From an uncultured bacterium (GTDB lineage: Bacteria; Verrucomicrobiota; Kiritimatiellia; RFP12; UBA1067), in NCBI GenBank assembly GCA_902769585.1, contig CACXPT010000004.1, forward strand, positions 1,689 to 65,688: 64,000 nt of DNA, written 5' to 3'. Below the pieces are notes generated by a model, which was given only the letters and a program-made list of their open reading frames with translations, was not told the DNA's origin and did no database searches. Shown piece after piece: positions 17,971-24,642 of this stretch (positions are counted from its first letter, which is position 1; every line of letters starts with the position of its first letter). Made by a program: the position numbers and the translations under genes.

Positions 17971-18070
17971 AGGGAATAGGAAATAGGGAATAGGAAATAG
18001 GGAATAGGAAATAGGGAATAGGAAAGAGGGAATAGGAAAGAGGGAATAGGAAAGAGGGAATAGGGAATAG
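17971..18070. repeat. Purine-rich tandem repeat with a 14-bp unit: (AGGGAATAGGAAAT)x3, (AGGGAATAGGAAAG)x3, then AGGGAAT AGGGAATAGG
   Basis: Read directly from the sequence. It ends 33 bp upstream of the RT ORF start. The top strand contains no C. Confidence 0.95.
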
Positions 18071-18102
18071 GTTCGAGGGGATGTGAATAGTTGGAGGAGT
18101 GA

Positions 18103-19725
18103 ATGTGTGAGGTGAGGAAAGATGAGACAGTAGGAGATCTTGCGGGGTATATCTCGCTGGATGAGGTGGCGATGGCGCTCGCCAAGATGCGGATGCGCCG
18201 GACGGTCAGGAACGCCGGCGAGGAGTTCGTGCGGCGGTACATGTCCGTAGGCGGTGCGTCCGAGAACAAGAGCCCCGCCTGCGCTTTTCTGCCGCCGAGG
18301 CGGCAGTGGGTGCGCCAGGGACCGTGCGCGCGCCGGAGGAAAAGTTCGGCGCAGTTGCAGGTGGGCGCGATCATGCGTTGCGTCCGTGCCTGCGAAAGGA
18401 ATGGCTCGCTCGAGAAGACGGAGTGGGGACGGCGTCTCATCGGCCTTGTGGAGAATCTGCAGGGGCAGGTGGCGCGGCAGGAGTTTACCGTCGTGCCGCC
18501 GCGCAGCGCCAAGGTTCCGAAGCTCTCCGTGGACGGGACGCGTGGCGAGCGCGAGATTTCCGTCTTCGACGACCCCGCGACGGCGGTCCTGATCTCGCGC
18601 ACGGGCGCGTACCTCCGCGACTGGTTCGAGCCTGTCTTGAAACGCGGCAGGTGCTGTTACTCGTTCAGGAAGAATCCGAAGATCAGTCATCAGTCCGCGG
18701 TCAGGGATCTCTGCGCGTGGCGGAAGGCGCATGTGGACGCGTCCGCGTTCGTCGCCGAATGTGACATCCGGAAGTTTTTCGACAACATCCGACACGACGT
18801 GGTTGAAGAATCGATCCGACACTACATCGCCGAACTCGGCGCACCCGATTCGTCCGCCATGGGCGTTGTGTGCGCGTACTTGGCGTGTTACTGCAAGGAC
18901 GAGTCGGACGGCATCCGGCGTGGCATCCCGCAGGGCGGTGCGCTTTCGCCGACTCTCGCCAACATCGTCATGGCGCGGGCCGACGACACGGTGCTCGCGG
19001 CTGTGCAGCGGAATGCGTTCTACGCCCGGTACTGCGACGACATGGTGATCGCGTCCGTCGATGAGGGCGTCTGCCATTGCGCCATGGAAGCGTATCTCGG
19101 CGCGCTTGACGCGCTGGGCCTTCCTCCGCATCCCATGACGGAATTCGCCTATGGCCTTGAGTACTTCGAGGCGAAGAGCAAGGGCCCGTTCCGCTGGGAC
19201 TGGGCGAAGGCCGGCGAGCGGAACGTAGCGCCGTGGGTTTCCTTTCTCGGCAACCAGGTCAGGTGCGACGGCGAGGTGCGCGTGCGCGGGGACACCGTGG
19301 CGAAGCATGTGCTGAAGCTGAAGAAAGAGACGGGCGAGACGATCAACCGTCTCGCGAACGAGGGCGTATCTCTTCGCGCAGGAATGAATCCACGGAAGTT
19401 CTACACGGCGTTCATGCGCCGGATCGTCGCGAAGGGCGTGGGGTACATGAGGTCGGGGACGATCCCGAGCGACGGCCTCTGCTGGGCGGCGGCGTTTCCG
19501 AACATGACGAAGAACGCGGCCTGTGCGCGGCAGATGAGGATGCTGGATCGCGTGCGGTCGCGTTGCCTCGGGGCGCTGCGGCGGGTGTTGGGCCTGAAGG
19601 GGGCGGTCGTGCGTTTCGCCGGGCGTCCGTACAGCTATTTCGGCTACTTGATGAAGATGATGCGCCCGGCACGCGGCCCGAGAAGGACGCCTATGGTCGT
19701 GCGCCTGCCATATTCGGAGCTGTGA
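18103..19725 (+). CDS. Stand-alone reverse transcriptase (RVT_1-type) with a roughly 200-aa N-terminal extension
   Basis: 540 aa. RT motifs: PKLSVDGTRGEREISV (1/2), DIRKFFDNI (18763-18789), GIPQGGALSPTLAN (18922-18963), YARYCDDMVI (YCDD at 19030-19041), FLGNQV. There is a C-terminal thumb-like region. No endonuclease or other fused effector domain was recognised. The exact start is uncertain. Confidence 0.8.
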   Translation: MCEVRKDETVGDLAGYISLDEVAMALAKMRMRRTVRNAGEEFVRRYMSVGGASENKSPACAFLPPRRQWVRQGPCARRRKSSAQLQVGAIMRCVRACERNGSLEKTEWGRRLIGLVENLQGQVARQEFTVVPPRSAKVPKLSVDGTRGEREISVFDDPATAVLISRTGAYLRDWFEPVLKRGRCCYSFRKNPKISHQSAVRDLCAWRKAHVDASAFVAECDIRKFFDNIRHDVVEESIRHYIAELGAPDSSAMGVVCAYLACYCKDESDGIRRGIPQGGALSPTLANIVMARADDTVLAAVQRNAFYARYCDDMVIASVDEGVCHCAMEAYLGALDALGLPPHPMTEFAYGLEYFEAKSKGPFRWDWAKAGERNVAPWVSFLGNQVRCDGEVRVRGDTVAKHVLKLKKETGETINRLANEGVSLRAGMNPRKFYTAFMRRIVAKGVGYMRSGTIPSDGLCWAAAFPNMTKNAACARQMRMLDRVRSRCLGALRRVLGLKGAVVRFAGRPYSYFGYLMKMMRPARGPRRTPMVVRLPYSEL

Positions 19726-19977
19726 AGAAGATGTGCGGGCCATTGTCTTCACGCGGGAGACATTTGCCGGGTGGTGCGTTGAAACGGGTACGGGTATAGT
19801 ATCATATCCACCGCCAAGGCGACAGGTTTCTGTCCGCGGTTGGATGGAGTCGCATGGCAAGATGAACAGAAAGGTTATTAATGAGAGAGTTATGGGTTAC
19901 GGTAGGGGCAATGGTCCTGGGATACTTGATGTATCTCGGGTTGAGGTCTATGTTCAAGAAGTGAAAGGAGTCTGGAG

Positions 19978-20061
19978 ATGGAACGTTGGCTTGCCTATAC
20001 GATTGCGTTTGCAATCATAGCGTTGATCGGGATCATCGCATCTGTTTTCCGCAAGAAATGA
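19978..20061 (+). CDS. Possible 27-aa single-TM mini-protein MERWLAYTIAFAIIALIGIIASVFRKK
   Basis: Below the ORF-track length cutoff; found by reading. A good Shine-Dalgarno (AAAGGAG) lies about 8 nt upstream. It has a hydrophobic core and a basic tail. It sits in the lower-GC spacer between the RT and the Sel1 gene. Confidence 0.3.
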   Translation: MERWLAYTIAFAIIALIGIIASVFRKK

Positions 20062-20140
20062 GTTCGCGTGGCGGCGTCGGCGAAGGACGTGATCGTGGTC
20101 GTGCCGTTCCCCGGCGTCGCCTTCCAATGAGGAGTCTGAA

Positions 20141-21691
20141 ATGTTGGATTCGTATGAGGATGATTTCGAAGAAGAGGATATCCCTGATGAAGAGGTGGAC
20201 TGTCCTGATAGGTCACGAAGAGAATTCCAGCAGGCGAAGCTGGACTTCGAGACGTCGGGCAGGGACAAATACGATTCCATGCTGGACGAAGTCCGGCGCT
20301 CGCCGTCCTCAAACGGCATGGTCTTGCCTATGCCAGAAGAGACTGCCTGGATGACGGAGGAGGAGCGGCGGTGCGTGGAATGGTTTGACCGTCGCGAGTA
20401 CGACACGTTCATGAAGCGCTCCGCTTGGTACGAGGGCGACGGGTGGATCGTTCCCTATTGTCGCATGGTCTGCGAGGAGTTCAAGCGGGCGTCGCCGGAG
20501 CTGCTGGAGGATTACGCAAATGACTACATCAAGTGCTTTTGGTGGCCGGAAGATCTTGGGGGCAATATCTATGTTGGTGGCGAGATGTCGCGCAAAGACC
20601 GGTTCCTCCGCGTCGCCGACAAGATTTTCGAGGCGGCAAGGGGCGGAAATGCGCGGGCGCAGAATGTCGTGGGGACGTTCTGCGAAAGCGGGCGGCCGGA
20701 GTACGTCGTGCCAGTCGTAGAGAAGCAGCTGGGTATCAAGTTGTGCGATGGCCCTGCCGCGCGCGAGTGGTACAGGAAATCTGCCGAGGGCGGATGTCTC
20801 CAAGGGCAGCGGAACTACGCGAGGGCCCTGTTGAAGGGAATCGGCGGGGGATGGCGCACCATTGAAGAGTCGGGTAGCACCACGTGGCATCGGGACAGGA
20901 TTCTTGCCGACAGGCAACTTGGCGTGGAATGGTACCGAAAGGTCGCGGATCGCGGTGACGGGAGGACGCAATACTGCTTGGCGTGCCTGTACGCGGACAA
21001 CAGGACACTTCCCCGTGACGTGGCAAAGTGTGCGGAATGGATGCGGCGAGCAGCCGCGAGCGGATGGAAGCAGGCTACCGACATCATAGAGACTGCCGGC
21101 GGCGATATGTCCGATGAACGTATCAGCGTCGAACTTCTGATTGCTTGGGCGAAAGAGGGGATTCGGAGATCGCAACAGGGTGACGTGCATGATGTCGCTT
21201 ACTGCATCGGCAACATCCCTCCGGCGGAACGGCGCGATCCGGCGAAGGAACGTGACAAGGAATGGCTTTTGAAGGACAAGCCGGAAGGAACCGTGGTGCC
21301 GCCGGCAAGCAGTCGCGAGACGGTGCGAACGCCCAATCTTACGAGCGCCAATCCGTCGTTCGCGGCACAGCTGATCATATACGTCCGTGACAGGTTCGGC
21401 GGCGACGCACCGCTTGTCTATCGTGCCGCGCAGGTCAGCCGCAAGACGTATTCGTCCATTGTGAGCAATGAGCTGCGTCCGGTCTCGAAGCGGACGGCCA
21501 TGGCCTTTGCGCTTGCGCTGAAACTCTCATGGATCGAATCGTTCAGGCTTCTGAAGGCTGCTGGATTCTCGTTTTCCGACTTCCTCTTGGAGGACATGAT
21601 TGTTCGCGCCTGCATCATTTCCGGCATTTATGACGTGCAGAGGGTCAACGAGATCCTGAAGGCCCATGGCGCCGAGCCGTTGGGTTGCTAA
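20141..21691 (+). CDS. Sel1-like repeat protein with an acidic N-terminus and a C-terminal HTH-like module
   Basis: 516 aa. Repeats of the form A.EWYRKSAEGG..GQ.NYA / GVEWYRKVADRGD..TQYCLA / CAEWMRRAAASG. The C-terminus SFAAQLIIYVRDRFGGDAPLVYRAAQVSRKTYSSIVSNELRPVSKRTAMAFALALKL resembles a common XRE-like C-terminal module. Confidence 0.65.
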   Translation: MLDSYEDDFEEEDIPDEEVDCPDRSRREFQQAKLDFETSGRDKYDSMLDEVRRSPSSNGMVLPMPEETAWMTEEERRCVEWFDRREYDTFMKRSAWYEGDGWIVPYCRMVCEEFKRASPELLEDYANDYIKCFWWPEDLGGNIYVGGEMSRKDRFLRVADKIFEAARGGNARAQNVVGTFCESGRPEYVVPVVEKQLGIKLCDGPAAREWYRKSAEGGCLQGQRNYARALLKGIGGGWRTIEESGSTTWHRDRILADRQLGVEWYRKVADRGDGRTQYCLACLYADNRTLPRDVAKCAEWMRRAAASGWKQATDIIETAGGDMSDERISVELLIAWAKEGIRRSQQGDVHDVAYCIGNIPPAERRDPAKERDKEWLLKDKPEGTVVPPASSRETVRTPNLTSANPSFAAQLIIYVRDRFGGDAPLVYRAAQVSRKTYSSIVSNELRPVSKRTAMAFALALKLSWIESFRLLKAAGFSFSDFLLEDMIVRACIISGIYDVQRVNEILKAHGAEPLGC

Positions 21692-21804
21692 CGGCGGCTC
21701 GTTCGCCAGATGTGAAAGCGAGAAATGCAATGATCGGCGCGGCGCAACCTCGGCATTCTCTTTGAGAATCGCGGTGAAGCGGACAAAGCGAAGGTTACTG
21801 AGAA

Positions 21805-22845
21805 ATGAAGAAGAAAATGACGTTGGCGGACTGGATCTTGGTTTCGATCCTGGTTTTGTTGGCCGTTCCGGTTCTCGCTATTATGGTAATCGCATCGCCT
21901 GTCTTGGGTATTTCCGTTCCAATCTGCGGGCTTTTGCTTGCATTCAGGCGGCGTCTGGGACGGTTGAAGGTCGGTTTGATCCTGCTGGTGCTGGGAATCG
22001 CGCTTGCGGTTGCGGCGTTGACAAGCTCCGAGGAGTGGGAAAGAGCGGAAGACAATGAATACCGTGCTTGGGTTGCCGACCGTCGGCGCAGCCCGTGCGG
22101 ACCACGGGAGGCTATGTTGCTCCTCGCGGCTATCTTTCTGGCTGGCGGCGGCGGGATGGCGGTGGCCGGGAAGTTCGTCGGTCCAAAGACATTGAAAGAA
22201 AGGAAAAAAGAAATGAGCGGAAATGGAAATAATGGGGCGGATTGCCCGCAGGAGACATTGGAGAAGCGCTTTGAAGCGCTGCTGAGGCAGACGGGACGGA
22301 GGGGAATCGAGAACGTGCTGGCGGAGCTGGGGACGTTGGGTTTCTTCTCCGCTCCCGCTTCGGCCAGGTTCCACGGCAATTATCCGGGGGGACTGCTGGA
22401 GCATTCGCTGAATGTCTATGACGAAGCGATGCTTGTGCGTGATGCGCAGTTGGGGCTGAAGCCGGACATCGCCGCGCGGCTTCCGTTGGACAGCATCGCC
22501 ATTGCGACGCTTCTGCACGACGTCTGCAAGGCAGAAGTATACAAGGAGATGGAGAAGTTTCGCAAGGACAAGTATGGAGAGTGGGAGAAGTATAACGCCT
22601 ACGGTGTTGATTATACCGGTTTTCCGCTCGGGCACGGCGAGAAGTCGGTAATTCGTCTTCTGCGCTGGGGGCTGGAGATGACGGACGACGAGATCATGGC
22701 GATCCGCTGGCACATGTCGGGGTTCGACCTCGCGTTCCAGAGTCCGGAAATCCGGAACAACTACCACGAAGCGGCGGGGAAATGTCCGCTCCTCGCCATC
22801 CTGAAGGCCGCCGACGGACTCGCCTCGCATGTGCTGGGAACCTGA
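21805..22845 (+). CDS. HD-domain phosphohydrolase with an N-terminal 3-4 TM region
   Basis: 346 aa. The N-terminal roughly 130 aa are hydrophobic helices. The C-terminal part reads ...SARFHGNYPGGLLEHSLNVY...ATLLHDVCK...GHGEKSV...IRWHMSGFD (HD superfamily). The HD part could start independently at an internal Met (KEMSGNG). Confidence 0.65.
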   Translation: MKKKMTLADWILVSILVLLAVPVLAIMVIASPVLGISVPICGLLLAFRRRLGRLKVGLILLVLGIALAVAALTSSEEWERAEDNEYRAWVADRRRSPCGPREAMLLLAAIFLAGGGGMAVAGKFVGPKTLKERKKEMSGNGNNGADCPQETLEKRFEALLRQTGRRGIENVLAELGTLGFFSAPASARFHGNYPGGLLEHSLNVYDEAMLVRDAQLGLKPDIAARLPLDSIAIATLLHDVCKAEVYKEMEKFRKDKYGEWEKYNAYGVDYTGFPLGHGEKSVIRLLRWGLEMTDDEIMAIRWHMSGFDLAFQSPEIRNNYHEAAGKCPLLAILKAADGLASHVLGT

Positions 22846-22856
22846 AAAGATTCGGC

Positions 22857-22876
22857 GGTCGCGCAGGAGCGCGACC
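22857..22876. repeat. GC hairpin GGTCGCGC-AGGA-GCGCGACC followed by CCTCCCC (REP-like; possibly a terminator for the HD gene)
   Basis: Read directly, 12 nt after the stop at 22845. No U-tract follows. A structurally similar hairpin + CCCTACC occurs at 24371-24396. Confidence 0.5.
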
Positions 22877-23052
22877 CTCCCCTAAGCATCCTTTAATTTT
22901 CGGGAATGGAATCGTTTAATTTTTCGGGAACGGGATTGACACCTGTTGGCTTTAAACGGCTTAATACTTGCAATCTCATCTGAAAATAATTATTTAAAAA
23001 TAAAGAAGGTGGTGGTTTCAACGGGCAAGATGCCCGTTGTTCCAGTGCGCCG

Positions 23053-23210
23053 CCAAGATGGCGGCTGCCCCAGCCAGAAAGCCGTCGGGACGTTCTGTTT
23101 TACGCGAGATAATTTTGAGACAAATTTGAGACATCTTTGAGACAATTCGGTGCCGGGGAACTGATATCCTGTTGCGCGTCGGCACAAAGCCGGCGGAAGC
23201 GAAGGATGCA
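23053..23210 (+). repeat. 158-bp upstream cassette, copy 1 (AAGATGGCGGC hairpin head + three TTTGAGACA boxes + 5' UTR/RBS)
   Basis: Aligned by eye with 24485-24642. I saw only about 6 mismatches (for example gagAcaaat/gagGcaaat, ctgAtatcc/ctgGtatcc, ttgCgcg/ttgTgcg, cggCGgaaG/cggTAgaaA). Confidence 0.9.
23114..23144 (+). promoter_or_regulatory. Three direct TTTGAGACA boxes at exact 11-bp spacing (operator/iteron-like)
   Basis: The boxes start at 23114, 23125 and 23136. The same array is at 24546, 24557 and 24568 in copy 2, where the first box is TTTGAGGCA. Confidence 0.55.
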
Positions 23211-23214
23211 GAAC

Positions 23215-24192
23215 ATGAAGAAAAGCACAATCTCGTTACAAGCGAATGGTCTCGCAGCCACGGAGAGAATGCCAATGGCCGATCTGACAGTCATTGAATC
23301 GGCAAGTGCCGACGTCATACGCTCGCGAATCCTCACGATTCGCGGCGTTCAGGTTTTGCTTGACCGCGACCTTGCGGCGCTTTATGGAGTAGAGGTGGGG
23401 CAACTCAATCGACAGGTTAAACGCAATCTTGAACGGTTTCCTGATGATTTTATGTTTCAGTTAAGTCATGAAGAATGTTCAAGATGCCAAATTGGCACCT
23501 TGAACGGAGGGCGCGGCAGTAACATAAAATATCTTCCATACGTCTTTACGGAAAACGGCGTGGCGATGTTGAGCGGTGTCCTACGATCACCCCGTGCAAT
23601 CGCCGCAAACATTCAAATCATGCGGGCGTTTGTCGCTATGCGCAAGGCTCTCGCGTCCATCGCGCCGCTTCTTGCCCGTATAGATGCAACCGAACGGCGG
23701 CAGATTGCGGATCAGGCGAAAAACGACGCCAATCAGGTCCGTAACGAAGAACGCTTCAAGCTGATACTGGACGCGATGCGGGACAAGAAGTTTCCACCGC
23801 AGAAGGTGTTCTACGACGGGCAGATATACGACGCTTTCGAGCAGATGAAGAAATTCGTGCGTATGGCGCGGACGGAACTGATCGTCATCGACCCGTACTT
23901 CGACGACTCTGTCCTGCCGCTCATCGCGCAAAAGCGTCTGGGCGTGTCGGTTCTCGTGGTGAAGAACACGCGGAACAAGCTACTTCATGCCGTCGATGTG
24001 GCAAGGTTCAACGCGCAGTACGCCAACTCGCTCACGGTCATGACCTCCGATAAGTTCCACGACCGTTTCCTCATAATCGACAAGGCGGTGCTCATCCACG
24101 TGGGCGCATCGCTGAACCACCTTGGCAAGAAGTGCTTCGCCTTCTCGTCAATGGACAAGTCCAATATCCCCGACATTCTGGCGAAGATATGA
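23215..24192 (+). CDS. ORF6N (KilA-N-related) DNA-binding domain protein with a C-terminal HxR..D..GASxN PLD-like module
   Basis: Start at MKKSTISL (GAAGGA Shine-Dalgarno). The N-terminus IRSRILTIRGVQVLLDRDLAALYGVEVGQLNRQVKRNLERFPDDFMFQL is a typical ORF6N pattern. The C-terminus contains FHDRFLIIDKAVLIHVGASLNHLG (24058-24117). Confidence 0.75.
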   Translation: MKKSTISLQANGLAATERMPMADLTVIESASADVIRSRILTIRGVQVLLDRDLAALYGVEVGQLNRQVKRNLERFPDDFMFQLSHEECSRCQIGTLNGGRGSNIKYLPYVFTENGVAMLSGVLRSPRAIAANIQIMRAFVAMRKALASIAPLLARIDATERRQIADQAKNDANQVRNEERFKLILDAMRDKKFPPQKVFYDGQIYDAFEQMKKFVRMARTELIVIDPYFDDSVLPLIAQKRLGVSVLVVKNTRNKLLHAVDVARFNAQYANSLTVMTSDKFHDRFLIIDKAVLIHVGASLNHLGKKCFAFSSMDKSNIPDILAKI

Positions 24193-24370
24193 GGTACGAA
24201 CTTAGCGAATGACCGTGAATACTTAGATGCTTGGCAATGCGGCGCTGATGGCGTTGCCGAAGGTTGCGTTTCTTTCGTCGCGGAGGGTTGCGCCTGCGGC
24301 GGTGATGCGGTGTTATGACTGGGCGACGGGGATGCGCGGCGGCGGTCGCGGGGCAACCGCCCTACCAAGC

Positions 24371-24391
24371 GGTCACGCGGGACGCGTGACC
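24371..24391. repeat. GC hairpin GGTCACGCG-GGA-CGCGTGACC followed by CTACC (REP-like)
   Basis: Read directly. It has the same hairpin + CCCTMCC design as 22857-22883. Confidence 0.5.
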
Positions 24392-24484
24392 CTACCACCA
24401 GACTTTGCGAAATGCGGTGGTAGTCGGCGGGAGGTTGAAAGCGCCGCCAAGATGGCGGCTATCCCAGTCAGGGTGTGGACGCTT

Positions 24485-24642
24485 CCAAGATGGCGGCTGC
24501 CCCAGCCAGAAAGCCGTCGGGACGTTCTGTTTTACGCGAGATAATTTTGAGGCAAATTTGAGACATCTTTGAGACAATTCGGTGCCGGGGAACTGGTATC
24601 CTGTTGTGCGTCGGCACAAAGCCGGTAGAAACGAAGGATGCA
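24485..24642 (+). repeat. 158-bp upstream cassette, copy 2
   Basis: See copy 1. It ends at the start codon of the RhuM-type gene. Confidence 0.9.

Noticed and set aside
17971-18070. Possible CRISPR array
   Set aside because: The units are 14 bp and directly abutting, with no spacers. No cas genes are present in the window.
17792-20140. RT as part of a group II intron, retron or DGR
   Set aside because: - Group II intron: I found no 5' GUGYG + domain I-III sized upstream region (only about 310 nt upstream), no domain V-like hairpin downstream, and no maturase/En tail.
- Retron: no obvious long inverted repeats of the msr/msd type.
- DGR: no TR/VR repeat pair or target gene.

This is based on visual inspection only, so it remains open to a covariance-model search.
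22936-22966. TTGACA ... CTTAAT/TAATAC as a promoter in the AT-rich patch after the HD gene
   Set aside because: The -10 candidates are weak and the spacing is ambiguous (18-20 nt). No gene starts within a sensible distance other than the cassette-preceded paralogue. It is too uncertain to list as a feature.
24227-24544. 105-aa ORF (and 22946..23140, 64 aa) between the paralogues
   Set aside because: They lie entirely within hairpin or repeat elements, and the translation is dominated by repeat-derived Arg/Gly/Ala runs.
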